Positions 41,191 to 55,935 of a DNA stretch of 64,000 bases are shown here, one piece after another. The notes beneath the pieces were generated by a model, which was given only the letters and a program-made list of their open reading frames with translations, did no database searches and was not told the origin of the DNA. The position numbers were made by a program, and so were the translations under genes. This DNA is from Eledone cirrhosa (lineage: Eukaryota). The DNA is taken from contig OZ024743.1 in NCBI GenBank assembly GCA_964016885.1, forward strand, positions 28,024,001 through 28,088,000, given 5' to 3'. Positions within the stretch are counted from its first letter, which is position 1, and every line of letters starts with the position of its first letter.

Positions 41191-41194
<4 letters not shown>
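40855..41194 (+). mobile_element. tRNA-derived SINE with CORE/V-like central domain
   Basis: A box TGGCTTAGTGG and B box GAGTTCGATTC; GTGTCTTTGAGCAAGGCACTT domain. Confidence 0.8.
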
Positions 41195-41242
<48 letters not shown>

Positions 41243-41603
41243 CAGTAGCACAAAAACAGAATTAAGCATAAAAGAGATGTATATGTAAACATATACTGTA
41301 TGACTATATACAATAAATATATGCGTGCCTTGCTATGAAAGAAAAATATTTTTTCGTAATGAAAAAATATTTTTCTCTTTTGCGCTGTGAATATGTCACA
41401 AATATCCTAGTAGCCGCCGCGGATGCCAAACAGCTGACTCAAGCTTCATTTGTCAGTAACATTCACTCAACTGGTATTGAGATGTAAATTGACAAGAGCC
41501 TATATAGACTTTGTGTGATGAACATGTGCTGGAAATGACCATCTATAGTGCGAACTTAGCTGTTTATAATTAACTAGCGGTAGTACCATGATAGCGCTAA
41601 GTA

Positions 41604-41808
41604 GAATGGCCGGCTTTGCCACATTCAAATAAGAGTAAGAATGAAGGGTTCATTCTACTGATATGGCTTTAAAAATGAGGCTTGTTTGCATAATTGCAAA
41701 CGAATCGAATGTTATTATTGATATTCGAAAAACTCAGATTACATTTATTGTATTCAGCCATGTAGAGCGAAAATTTTTTTTTATTTGAATGTGGCAAAGC
41801 CGGCCATT
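41604..41808. repeat. 28-bp perfect inverted repeat pair
   Basis: AATGGCCGGCTTTGCCACATTCAAATAA / TTATTTGAATGTGGCAAAGCCGGCCATT. Confidence 0.75.
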
Positions 41809-41851
41809 TATCGCTCGTATATATCGTTCTTAGAACGAAAAACAAATGTTT

Positions 41852-41889
<38 letters not shown>

Positions 41890-41959
41890 CATACACATAC
41901 ATATGTGTATCTGTGTGATAGTCTTGAACAAATGAGAATCTCAATGCACCCTAAATGTA

Positions 41960-42044
<85 letters not shown>

Positions 42045-42046
<2 letters not shown>

Positions 42047-42668
42047 AATATAAGTATGTATACGTACATACATATATGTGTATAGACGCACAGTAGTATG
42101 TATATATATACATACATGCACACACATATATATATATATGTACGCATGGGTTTACCGAACATTTATTGTAATGTTCGGTTTGTTTGTAAACAAACAGCCC
42201 GATTTACGCCGTACAGTGCTCGGCAACCATCGTCGCCCTTTTGTTCAACACTGACACAGGAACGATGTACTAGTTTCAAGCTTATTAGCTATCGTCAGCA
42301 TCGTATACCTTTCTGTCAGATGATTGAACGCCTGAAAGTATATACTTTCCTTATGCATATTAACGGCTGAGCAGCCTAATTTGCATATCGAATGAGTTAG
42401 TCGGCCGGGCATACCGAAAACGATAAATGGAAAAGAATGAAACGATATTTCATTTCTCACTCTTAGTACGGCTGATGCCTAAATATAAACAAACCGAACA
42501 TTATAATAAATGTTCGGTAAACCCATGCGTACATATATATGTGTGCATGTATGTATATATATACATACTACTGTGCGTCTGTACACATATATGTATGTAC
42601 GTATACATACTTATATTCAGGTATCAGCTGTACTAAGAGTGAGAAATGAAATTTCGTTTCATTCTTTT

Positions 42669-42670
<2 letters not shown>
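42045..42670 (-). mobile_element. Family E unit, copy 2, with inverted end
   Basis: Minus-strand body 42045-42487 and plus-strand partial copy 42488-42670; TA-flanked. Confidence 0.8.
42262..42304 (-). ncRNA. Minimal type I hammerhead ribozyme
   Basis: ACGATG-CTGACGA-T-AGCT AATA AGCT-T-GAA-ACTAGT-A-CATCGT. Confidence 0.85.
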
Positions 42671-42708
<38 letters not shown>

Positions 42709-42712
<4 letters not shown>

Positions 42713-43453
42713 AGATTTGAATGGATACAGTTTAGTTGAAAGGAATTTATTGACACGTGTTTCTATAACAGTTACATAACCTAAAACAGCTATCTACAAA
42801 CTTTTAGTTATGCAGACATTCAATATTTCAATGTGATTGTTTACTGTCATTTCATCAGAATAATATTACTGAGGACCTATTTAGTTTTTATAGAGAATAT
42901 TAGGAGGAAGGGGTGAAGTTGTTAGAAGAATAGTTGAAGGAGTGGTTTTTCGATAGCAGTGAGAATTCTTGGTGGCAGTGATTAATTAGATTCCCATCTG
43001 TTGTTTTGACATTTTTTATAGAATATATTATTGGTTATTTTTCTAAATCTATAGAAGGATTAGAGATAGTAAAGATATGCGTGGTTGGTTTTGTGTTTGC
43101 ACTTAACATTCAGACTTAAATTTTTCTTTCAAGTGTACGTATTCTTTCACCCACGCATTCACACACAAATATATTTGCACACCTCTACAAAATACATATA
43201 CTCACAATTCACATATTCATACTTACATATATATACACATGCATACACATATATATACACACATGTATTCATGTACATACATACGCGCTCATGTGTATAC
43301 ATTTTCATACTCAACTTATCTTTATATATACACACGTATAGACACACACATATATACATACATACTCTAGTCCATGTGTACACACATACACATACATACA
43401 CATCCATATACACATACATACATACACACATATATATACATACATACATATAC

Positions 43454-43500
<47 letters not shown>

Positions 43501-43501
43501 C

Positions 43502-43550
<49 letters not shown>

Positions 43551-44345
43551 AAAGCACTTTAATACATGAATACACTTACATCTAACTATACACATCAAAC
43601 ATATATATATATTTACTTATTTATATACATTTTCACATATATATACATACTTATGGACGTTTTTAGACACATTCATTATCGCATATTTGTACCTATTCTC
43701 ATCAGCATATCTTTTCATTATTAGTATGGTAATTTAAGGTTATTAATATATGTTGAAAAGAGATTGTTTTTATATTTTTCTAACTAGATTAAGGTTTATA
43801 TAGTTGGGGGATGTCCCTCTTTTATGTAATATTCGGCTTGTAGTGGGAAAAAAAGGGTTTTAGTTCTGTGACGGCAGAATAATGTTCGTTCAATTCTGTT
43901 ATTCAGCAGTTTCTTCTTGTGTGTGATTATGTAATAAATCTCAAGATTACACAATTTGCAGAAATTTTGGCTCCTGGAAAAGCTTTGGGTTTTAGCTAAT
44001 TTTTCCCATTTTAGGGTAAACTTTTGATTGCTATCCCTGAGCGTCCAAGCTTTCTCTGCTAAAGTTGTTACATTTCTTTGGCTCTGGTGTTTTATTGAGT
44101 AAGAATGCCTATACAATCGAGATTTAAACGATGTTGCCGTTGATCCCACGTAATACCACTCGTTGCCTCCGGATTTAATGGTACACTTATAAATAATATT
44201 TTTTTCCAGGCAGTTATTGCCGAGGGGGCAGTTGTCAGGATAGGTGCAGTTACAGTTGTGTACGTTGGGTTTTCTCTGGAGTAGTATTGCGGACGAACTT
44301 AGGTGTGGTTTATTTATGTTCTGTAGTGTATTGTCTACTGTTTTT
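42709..44345 (-). mobile_element. PLE 3' fragment (GIY-YIG domain + pLTR), Neptune-like
   Basis: CNC..CPL..CL..NIIYKC..YVGSTATSFKSRL..CKLCNLE..CRHR at ~43796-44260. Confidence 0.85.
42747..42863 (-). ncRNA. Type I hammerhead ribozyme with long stem II insert
   Basis: TTATT-CTGATGA-A-ATGACAG..CTGTTAT-A-GAA-ACACGTGT (palindrome)-C-AATAA; GUC site. Confidence 0.7.
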
Positions 44346-44379
44346 GGGGGTATATATATACATATATGTATATATTTAT

Positions 44380-44854
44380 ATATTTATTAAAATAACAGAT
44401 TAAAAGTTAAGAAAAGAATCGCTGCCTTCACCCTTAACGGGATCTTCTGAAACTAATAAAGTCAATCTGTGAACGCAGAAGTGAATATTTCAAAAAACGT
44501 TGCAACCGGAGGTAGACAGGAAGACGATACTTTGGTTCGTGGAAACGTTCCCACATCAAGACGTAAAATATCCGCGTATAGTTCGTACTATCCGTTAGGG
44601 TATAATGTAGGGCTGTAATATATGAAGGTTTTGTGCAATTTATGTTTACAAGCTGAAATTGCCTCAGATTGCAATGTTTTTTGAAATATTCAAATTTTGT
44701 TAGTTTCAGAAGATCCCGTTAAGGGTGAAAGCAGCGATTCTTTGCTTAAACTTTAATCTGTTATTTTAATAAATATTTGCTTTAGGGTTCTATTTGATAT
44801 ATATTTATCCTTATCGACCCCTCTTTGGATTTTAGTCTTCAAATTTATTATTAT

Positions 44855-44858
<4 letters not shown>
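44380..44858. mobile_element. Family F fold-back deletion derivative
   Basis: Minus-strand part joins sequence seen at ~38470 directly to sequence seen at ~39260; the plus-strand copy 44670-44858 extends further. Confidence 0.8.
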
Positions 44859-44897
<39 letters not shown>

Positions 44898-44903
44898 TAT
44901 ATA

Positions 44904-45055
44904 TAGGAAAATGTATGATCCCGACGGCAGAGCTCAAGCCGTTGAGCTCTGCCGTCGGGGTCATACATTTTCGTATTACCGCCTCTACTACCCTAAGTAT
45001 TGAGTACTCTGGTGCGTTATGGTCCATCTGGTTCCTTACCACAACTCCTTCGTTA
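44904..45055. mobile_element. Family C fold-back mini-element
   Basis: Hairpin AAATGTATGATCCCGACGGCAGAGCTCAA / TTGAGCTCTGCCGTCGGGGTCATACATTT plus ~80-nt tail. Confidence 0.8.
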
Positions 45056-45444
45056 TATATACTAGCAGAAAAACTACCCTCCTGGTGGTTTTCTGCTAGC
45101 ATGTGTAGTGTGTATATTGATATTATACGCAAGTATATATTCCTGTAGATATGATACATCAAATAAAATCTTAATTGACAATATACACAGAAGTTGAACG
45201 AAGACTACATTACACTGTCTTATTTAATCAGTAACGTAATCCATGATACATTAAAATAGACGATATTATATATAAACTGCATTAGGAGAAAATTAGTGAC
45301 AGAAAATTAATGTTTATTTAGGAGATCGCCAACCGGAAGTGTTGACATTTCAGAAATTTTAAAGAAGTGAATCTTTAAATAAACAAAACATATTTAATCA
45401 ACACCCACGAAATTTAGTAGATAAATTATGTAATATTCATTCAT

Positions 45445-45627
45445 TTTGGCAGTATCGGTAGAGAGTCGTACGCCATGCTTTGCAGCATAGTTACGTCCCT
45501 TTACGGTCTGAGTTCAAATCCCGTCGAGGTTAACTTTGCCTTTCATCCTTACGGGGTCGATAAAAATAAGGTACCAGTAATGTACTGGGTAATTGCTGGC
45601 CTTGTGCCTAAAGTAGAAACAATTATT
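45445..45627 (+). mobile_element. tRNA-derived SINE (18461 family)
   Basis: A box, B box, central domain and tail all present. Confidence 0.85.
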
Positions 45628-45714
45628 TATTCAAAGTAATCCAACTTATTTTAGTAATGGGATAAACAATTATGAACCATAATAAAGTCGCGCGCTCCTC
45701 CCTTTATTAAAGTT

Positions 45715-45755
<41 letters not shown>

Positions 45756-46139
45756 GTATGCTTATTAAATTTTATTCATGTCCTCTAGCAAGCTTGTTAT
45801 ATCCCTCTGTTATTACGGCATCGCCAGATGCTAGAATACCCGTTCGAATAAATAGATTTCTTAATATTTATACTTATGTAAAATATCTTCCGCTGCTGAT
45901 AATAGAATATCTGAAAATTATTGATAATACTTGCTAGTAAAATCTACATTAATTTCTAATTATTTATCATTAGCTGCTAATGGGAAATATGGTAATATAT
46001 TCATGTATAAATTTAATACGTTCATTTAGCCTTATTTGATTGAATAGCAATCTGTTACGGTGTGCATAAAAAGGGATTTAGTTACGGAATGACTTTAAAT
46101 TTATAATATCAAACCACACACAACTCATTCTGATCCGTC

Positions 46140-46320
46140 TCGTCTAACGTGGACAACGAGAACTATTTCGAAACGTAGACTCCTTGTATCCTGACTATAT
46201 ATTAGAAATTGTACCAATTTTTTTAGGTGCATTGGGTTACGTAAGAATTAATTTGAATAATAACCTGAAGATACTGGGATTTTCCAAGAAAAAAGGACAC
46301 AGAGTGACTTGCATTCTTCA
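46140..46320 (+). pseudogene. RLE non-LTR retrotransposon C-terminal fragment
   Basis: LLYPDYILEIVPIFLGALGYV..LKILGF resembles the RLE end motif (IVPI.IGALG). Confidence 0.5.
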
Positions 46321-47344
46321 AATGGATTAGTTGTTCAGTCAACATATGAAATACCTTTGAAATACAACAAAGATACCCCATTCAAGTTTCTTTATATCAA
46401 TATATATATATACATAAAATTACATCTGCGCCTTGGTAGAAACAACTGTAATTAGCACCCTAGGATACCTCTACCATTTCTTCCAGTTATGCAACACACC
46501 CTTCCGAATATGATACTTTCAATTTACTGATTGGTAAGTTGACAAACCTAGTTTCTACTATCCTATCTATACTTACGACAAATCATGTGACAAGTCATAA
46601 CCCTATATGACCTTGGATATTTCCACAACATTGTTACACGTGTTTAATTATATGAATTTGTATAAAACTCTTATCCTTTAAGGTTCACTAATGCACCCCT
46701 CTGAGGTCTGTGCCCTGGCTAGAAATTTAAGTTTAAGAAATAAGAAAAAATCAGGAGCTTAATCAGGTCTGTAGGGTGGATTTCTAAAATAAAAAGTTCT
46801 GTTCTTGTTTGTTGTTAATCCGGAAGTTTGTTCAGTTTTATTTTATCACTTAAAATTGTGTGAACTGAACCAACGGAAATATCAAGGGTGTGAGCTACTT
46901 TTTTTTTGCTGTTAATTGTCGGTTTCCATCAATAAATCTCGAAAAACATCAATTTTTTCCTCCCTGGTGTTGATGGCTTGCCGGTCCGTTAATCATTTTA
47001 AAAGTCCATCTTGTCTTTCTATGAAAAAAGTTATCCATTTCTAAATTGCTGATTGGCTTAGGAAAGCATTTCCATAAACAATTCTCAAAGGTCGATTTCA
47101 TTCTCAGACCAATTTCGTTTGTTTTATTACAAAAAGAAAAAAAGAAAAAGCATCTGTAAAGATTTCTACCATTTTTCTAACATAATTTTTTGTTTGTTTT
47201 AGCGAAAGTACATTAATTTAACAACTAACCATGACAAATATATTCAATATTCAATCACTCAAAATATTATGAAAAACGATCGACATTATATAAAGATTAT
47301 TGAGCAGTATCTAATAAAAGCAGAACACATTGTGGGAAGAAAAA

Positions 47345-48385
47345 GAGGAAGAAAACAAGAAAAAAGGATCTGGTAGTGAAAGAAAGGGAGAGGAGCAGAC
47401 AGAATGCCCCAGTCTGAGCGGTGCCTCAGCCGCACCCCGTGGACAAAATAGCTAAGCTATTATCGTGGAGAATGGTTAGAGACACCCACTGCAACAGCCA
47501 CCCCACCGTCTTTTCGACTTTACAAAGAAATCAGCAATGCAGGGTCCAAGATGTCAGAGGGAGACCGGTGGGTAGAGGAAGCGATCGCTATCCTGAAAGA
47601 GAGGAATACTGACTATCTTCCTCCACCTCGCATCGGGGGCAGCGGGCCCCTGGTTTGTGGCCGAAGCAACATGGCTGGAGGCAAGGAACGCACGTCGTGT
47701 TCCAGATTAAGAATTTGTTCCCCATGAAAGAAAATGGTGTTAATCAGTCGGGGCATATGTCATCACCACAGTCGAGGCCAGCGGGCTCCAAGTTTGTCGG
47801 GAAACCGGCTGCTTTGAGACTCCTGATGATGTTTTTCTGAGCGACGTGTTGGGGGAGCCGGCCTGCACTCAGACGGCAAGGTAACGTGTGCAGACCGAAC
47901 TCATCGACCACTGCTCCATCTGTGTGGATTATACACGTGGAAGCCGAGGTGGTGTGCTACATCAATACGGGTGCATTTCTCACCAAGAAGGGTACCGGTT
48001 GATAAGGAAGGCACCGAATTGTGTCAAGCGCCACTGTTTAGTTGCGAGGTGGGGCGTAGGCAGGTGTTGGTCCGAGAAAGACTTGATCCAACTGAAGGTG
48101 GACTTGTAATTGACATAGTCCCAGTTACGTTGGGCATCGGTGCACTTGCATGGCTTCCTTCGGTCCAATCAGCCAGGGCCGACTCCAATTCCCGGGCCAC
48201 ATCAGGTTCTGTCGTCTTTCGGAGGATCTCGATGATGAGTGTGCGGCTGGCCGAGATTACTGAGTTAGGCCGGCGGTGCCAAATCAAAAGTTGATCGGAG
48301 GCCGAGGCCTCCGAATCTCACAGGGAGTTACGCCAGTTGCCAGCGTTGGATAGTGGGATCCAGTTCGATGAGTCGATCAGCTAGA
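47345..48385 (-). mobile_element. CRE-clade non-LTR retrotransposon 3' fragment, degenerate
   Basis: GC-rich island. Across frames it reads NSGA*HNSVPS..CRLSAGRL..NIIRSLKAAGFPTNLEPAGLD..PD..IWNTTC, matching the knuckle + RLE end of CRE elements. Confidence 0.65.
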
Positions 48386-48643
48386 CAATAATGTCCTTTT
48401 CCTCCAACCATGTTTTACCATGAATCTGACGTTGGTTCTTTCTTCAGTTTTCACAGATTATATGTTTCTTTAAAGGTGGTTATATTTAAAATAGAGTAAA
48501 CTTCAATCTATTGCTTCACATTACTTTCGTATCAACATGCTAGAACATATATCTACACATTTAAGTTGCTGTAAGCAAGTACCAAAATATTTGCATAGTT
48601 TAGCTATAAAAAAAACATTTTCCACGAATTTTTATTGTCCCTC

Positions 48644-48671
<28 letters not shown>

Positions 48672-48674
<3 letters not shown>

Positions 48675-49305
48675 TAATTTAATATATCTACTAACATAAG
48701 CGCACAGATGTACGCTAATGCCAGCAAATACACAGGTTATGTCATAGTACCTAGGTGGTTCAATGCAGGAGGATGCAGAACAATAATATAAAAGACGTAA
48801 AATAAGAAAATAAAAAAAAAAAATTTTAAAGAATTAACTTACTTACTTAAATTTTCACTCCAACTAATTAGTTTCTGCAATGGGATAAAGACAGTTACAT
48901 AATGAACTGTTGAGAATTTCATTGCGTCATCAGGGAGGTCTATTCTCAGCCAAGTCTCCAGGCAATGCGCGGACACTGGGGACTCATATAAAAATAATAA
49001 TAATTCGGTAAATGGAACAGCTATCGAGGACTGGATTCCAGGCACTGAAAATTCTCACTGCCACTGGTCAAATGGCCGATTCTAAAGAATCAATCACGTG
49101 ACACAGAGGCTAGTCAGTAGGAATGGGATGGTAAGATGACAGACGCCTACTAACACCCCCAAAAAGAAATTTTTAGTAGTGGTTTTGGCAGGTTTGCTCG
49201 ACAAATCAGTGATTTGGAGATAAATATAGATAATTTAATATATCTACTAACATAAGCGCACAGATGTACGCTAATGCCAGCAAATACACAGGTTATGTCA
49301 TAGTA
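48672..49305. mobile_element. Element bounded by 78-bp identical direct repeats (period ~556 bp)
   Basis: TAGATAATTTAATATATCTAC...GTCATAGTA at 48671-48749 and 49227-49305; TA-flanked. Confidence 0.75.
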
Positions 49306-49417
49306 TATATAAATATAAATTAACGAGAATCGTATTTCGGCTATTGGAAAACAACTTCTGTGATGTGTGGCAAACGCTCCATAGGAGCTAGTGAACTATA
49401 TATATATATATATAGTG

Positions 49418-49498
<81 letters not shown>

Positions 49499-49521
49499 AC
49501 TATATATATATATATATAGTG

Positions 49522-49558
<37 letters not shown>

Positions 49559-49908
49559 CGCCACTGGGATGACGCTGGCACGATGTGTGTAGTTTTAAAT
49601 GTAGCACGTGCGACGGGTCATTCCCAGATTTGCATTGGATGTGTAAACACAGATAGTTAAATCTTCTCCCTTGCTAAAGATCCGAGATTTGACTACTGTG
49701 AGTTTACGGATTAATGGTGAAATATATTTCTTTAATGAAATATATACAAGGAAGATTAATCATTTTTAAAAGGTAATATTTGAAGTTCTAGTTAAACTTT
49801 AATTAGTTACCTACCTAGCTGTGTGTGCTTACACACTTTACAAATTATCCCCTGTGATTGTTTCATGTGTTTATTTTAAATATATATATATGTCAATCAA
49901 TTTCTAGT

Positions 49909-49950
<42 letters not shown>

Positions 49951-50349
49951 CTGTCGAAGCACGGCCGGAGCTCAGCCGTCGGGGTCCTGACTCTTTTCTT
50001 CCTATATATATATAATGTTTTTACTTTGATTAGGCACATAATGCATTATATCATGCCGGGAAGCAGGATATTGTAGTATTTCATATATAGATGAATAGAT
50101 AGATAGACAGAGATGTATCGTCGAAATTAAAACGAATCTAAACCAGTTCATTTTTCATAGTCGTTTGACTTAGTTCTGGCTCTGCAATGTTTCTTTCACT
50201 TATTTGATGTTATTCGAATAATATAACTGAATATTGATGTTGTTTTATCCAAACCGAAATGTGAACTTCATGTACAGATTGGAAGATGAAATTTTATACA
50301 TGCATAGATGTGCACGCAAACACATACATATACACACTCATACACACAT

Positions 50350-50415
<66 letters not shown>

Positions 50416-51869
50416 GTGTTATTTGTGTGAAAGTATATTATTGTTATTGGGAAAACTTAACTATCTTTGTTAGGCAAGAGAGTCATTATGGATTTACGAC
50501 ATTTTCTTTTAGTAAATTTGCATCGTTTCAACCTAACGTTGGCTAAAATTATGCCACTGTATGAAGTACCCATTTATATCACCGCATCTAGTTATTTGTT
50601 AAGGCAACATCTTTCTATTGAACCCATTATAGATATTTACTTTCGTCATATCATTTCTCTCGTAAACGATAAAGAAATAAAACAAGAAATAAAATGAGTA
50701 AACATTAGGTGTTATTTACCAAATACGAGGTTGTAAAGCTTTTGAGGACTTCGTTAGGATCAAAGTCTTTATTTATATCAATGATACGTTTTATTATTCT
50801 TTTAGTTATTCTAATTAGAATTGCCGAGTTGACGGGAAAAGTGATAAAGTAAGCTTAATTCGGGATAAGTCTGTTTACTTTCTTGATTAATACCAACCTA
50901 AGCAGTTAAGTATATTCTCTGGTTGTTGAATGTATCTTTAACTAACAAGACCTGATACTGAGTGCAGTGATTTCTGAACGGCGAATCTGCAATCAAACGT
51001 TATTATCTCTTACGGAAATGAAGTGCACAAACAGACATTGTTGCTAACTTGGCATCTACTTCATCAGCTTCACATCATATCTTACAATTGATTCTTATTT
51101 ATTTCTTAACGGACACATGTCACAAAAATATCGGTCATTAACCGGAGGAAAAACTAGAATCGGTATTTTGCGTTGACAAAAACCAGGTTACGAAAAGGTT
51201 AAAATGGAGAAAAAAATTTGTCTGATGTGAGAAGATAATTTTAAGACTTCAATCAGAAATTTTCATCGCAGAACAAATGGCTTTGTCCTACGTGTTACAA
51301 TTATCTTTGTTTGTGACACAAACATATATTCCATTTTAGAACTATATTTTTACCATATCTATAAATTGAGTTTCCTTAATATTCAGAAGATTACATTTAT
51401 AATCATGTTATTTTATTTTTCAATTGATTTTTTCTTGGTATTAAGACTTTTTCATAAGTGGTTTTACCTGCTATTGTGCAGAAATGCTTAAAATCATCAA
51501 TAACATACTTGAAGGGTTTCTCTCTCGTACACATTTTCTATGACTTTATGCGATATATACTAATATATACTTCATGGTTGCCCATGAAAAAAAGATCAAA
51601 ACAAACAGGAGTATATTATATAATTGTTGTATTATTTCTATTTGAGAGATATTAACTACCAAACAACTAGCCATTTTCCCTATGTTTCAACTCCTCTTAT
51701 TACAGGTTATTCTAATCTCCCTTTTCTTATTAATGATTTTAATTACCGACGTCTAAGAGATATTCTTTTAGCAAAACAGGACAGCTTCGACTTCCGCTTG
51801 AAATATTTTATTTCATCCATAGCTAATACTGTTGATGTATTGTAATGTAAAAACTATTTGAATGGAAGT

Positions 51870-52249
51870 GGAAAGTCAATTAAATCCACCCCAGTACGTT
51901 ACTGGTACTTTATTTTATCGACTGTGTAAAGATGAAAGGCAAATCTAACCGCGGCAGAATCTGAACTCAGAACATAAAGAACCGTGATTGTATGCCGCAA
52001 AACATGTTGTCCGCTGCACTGTGATTACTGCCAACCCACCACCCTTTTGTGGGGGAAAAATAATAATTGTTTCTACTTTTGGTACAAAGCCAGCAATTAC
52101 CCCAGTGCATTACTGGTGCTTTATTTTATCGACCTCATAAGGATGAAAGGTAAAGTTAACCTCGGTGGGATTTGAACTCAGACCGTAAAGGGCCGTAACT
52201 CTGTGCTGCAAAGCATGGTGTCCGACACTCTACTGATACTGCTAATCCA
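51870..52249 (-). mobile_element. Two adjacent SINE copies (older 51870-52040, younger 52065-52249)
   Basis: Same family as 18461; a third degraded copy lies at ~52460-52580. Confidence 0.8.
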
Positions 52250-53103
52250 AATAATAAAGGAAAGAAGTAGGTCGTTAGAACAAACAAAAACATTATATTT
52301 CCATTACTATTGCTGATACTAACTGCTGGTTGCAGCTTCTTGTAGAAGCGTTGCCACCTTTCCAGTGACCGATTGAAATCAACTCACACAAGGCCAGAAC
52401 TCATACCACAAAGTGTCCCGCCTGATGCTTTAAAAATGTCATCATTCACCGCCGTGAACTTATATTTTATTTGCTGACTTCGAAAACATGAAAGTAAAGT
52501 TGACACAGTGGGATTTGAATTCAGAGCACAGACAGCCGAAAAAAATACCGAAGAATTTAATCTGACGACTTTACCAGTTCACTGACATTATAATAAAACA
52601 ACATAACATACTTAAAGATTCTGCTATTTTCAACCTGGGAGGAATCGTTTTCGCTACTAATTCAATTCTTTGGCAACAAGATATAAACAGTAAACATTTT
52701 GTTTCGTAGACTAACACCATGTAATTTCTACTACCTGTTGTTTCTATGTATATTGTCTTAATCTACGTATAAATTGATAACTGACCAGGAATTAAAATCT
52801 ATAATATCGTTTAATTTTGAAAATTTGATATTTTTCGTATATGTAATTATATTTTCATTTGCAAATGGTGAAGGAAATAAAGATTCCAGAAACACACGTA
52901 TGGGTCATGATTAGCAATGTTTAATCCAATCATAGAAGCTGACGAAAACTGTCAGAATATATTTCAAATGATTGTTTATCAGTTATTATTAATGGTGTCT
53001 TCCAGGCTTTACACAAACTTTATTTTTGATTAGTTAATTGTATTCCTTGTACAGATATAGATTTCGTAAATGATACAGACACACACACAGACACACACAC
53101 ATA

Positions 53104-53192
<89 letters not shown>

Positions 53193-53195
<3 letters not shown>

Positions 53196-53415
53196 GGTAT
53201 CCAAAAACATTATTTACACAACAAAATCTTTAAAAGAATGCATTAAAATCAATTGTTTTATATCCATTATTTAAATTATGTAAACATTTTTTAGTCTTTA
53301 CGCACAATTGAATTTTGTCTGTAGATCATTTCATTTTTTGGGAAAGACTGTGCATTCTTATAAATATTGCCCTTACAGGTAATCGAAGTGTGTATACATT
53401 TTTTGGGGACACCTA
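53193..53415. mobile_element. Tc1/mariner-type MITE
   Basis: TA|CAGGGTATCCAAAAA ... TTTTTGGGGACACCTA|TA imperfect TIRs within (TA)n. Confidence 0.7.
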
Positions 53416-53430
53416 TATATATATATATAT

Positions 53431-54236
53431 CCTTAAAGCGATGAAATGCCTGGGACGGTTGGAGGGTCACTGATGAAGGACTTACTTTTTCATATGCACC
53501 ACCATTTGCAACGCGCAGCCATCATTATTATCATATTTACACATAATTTTTCTTCTGCTGCCACTCGTCTGTTTCGTTCTTTGTACCTTTTACCCTTTCT
53601 CGTTCTTTGTACCTTTTACCCTTTCTAGCAGTCTCTCTCTCTGTTAGCCTCCTCCTCAACTTTCACTCACTCATTCTCTGTCACTACCTCTCCTCCTCCT
53701 CTTTCCTCCTCCTCCTTCAAGTTTGACCTGTGTGTAATTCTTTTCTCGCGCGGTCTTGGTCAAGCTGGTATGGAATTTTTTTTCTCTCTCTCTCTTTCGT
53801 CTGCGACTTCACAAAACTTATGTTTACCGAATTCGTAGTCCAGACCCCTTCTTCTTCTTCTTCTTCTTCTTCTTCTTCTTCTTCTTCTTCTTCTTCCCCC
53901 TGTTAGACCTGTGCGAAATTCCTTCCTTGCTCACATTTCAACCAGGTTTGATGGTCTTTTGTCTCTTGTTCACGATTTCACCGAGTTTATATTCATAGAG
54001 ATCTGGGACTTGTCTATTTCTTCTCACTTTCCGTTGCTTAAACCATTTTGTTTGTTACCCTACGTCCCCTTTATTTACGTGTCCCAACGACTTTTTTTAG
54101 CCGTTGTTCGCACCAACCTGAGGCATATGGCCCTTAAAGCGATGAAATGCCTGGGACGGCTGGAGGGTCACTGATGAAGGACTTACTTTTTCATATGCAC
54201 CACCATTTGCAACGCGCAGCCATCATTATTATCATA
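53431..54236. mobile_element. Element bounded by ~105-bp direct repeats (period ~701 bp)
   Basis: 53431-53535 and 54132-54236 differ by about 1 nt; internal (CTT)n; related solo fragment at ~13525-13583. Confidence 0.8.
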
Positions 54237-54270
54237 TATATATATACATGTATATATACATATATTTATA

Positions 54271-54313
<43 letters not shown>

Positions 54314-54749
54314 TTTAGAGATAAAATCTTCTTGTCAGAAGATAGAGAAAATATTTTAGTTTATATGTTTATGTATTACGAGGCGAAAGTGGACAGCGTT
54401 TGGCGTATGTCAGACGCTGTGACCCCAGATAGACCAACAATACCGTTGGTAAGAATTGAAACTGCCAAATTCTATATTCAATGGCCGATGACCATGGAGT
54501 TCTGTGAAAAATAATTTTTTAAGGTTTCCCCTTAAAAAAATGTTTTTCGTTTTATTTTGTTTCCGTTTGTTCGTTCGTTGTCTTGTCCCCTCTTTGTTAA
54601 TTTTCTTAAGCTTATAAAGATATATAGATATATATGTTTGTGTATGTGTGTGTGTTTGTGTTTATCTATATATGTGTGTGTGAGTTTGTGTATATAAATA
54701 TGCATATACATATACATATGTGCGTTTGTGTGTGCCGGTCATCTTCCCC

Positions 54750-54818
<69 letters not shown>

Positions 54819-54864
54819 TATATATATATATTTATATATATATATGTATGTGTATATATATATA

Positions 54865-55877
<1,013 letters not shown>

Positions 55878-55893
55878 TGTATATATATATACA

Positions 55894-55935
<42 letters not shown>

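Noticed and set aside
45061-45100. CTAG-bounded hairpin resembling a Helitron 3' end
   Set aside because: No associated 5' end or body was identified.
49391-49525. GTGAAC units separated by variable TA runs (CRISPR-like spacing)
   Set aside because: Compound microsatellite slippage; no unique spacers or cas genes, and the context is eukaryotic.
53468-53490. CTGATGA as a hammerhead core or C/D box
   Set aside because: No compatible GAAA, stems or partner box were found.
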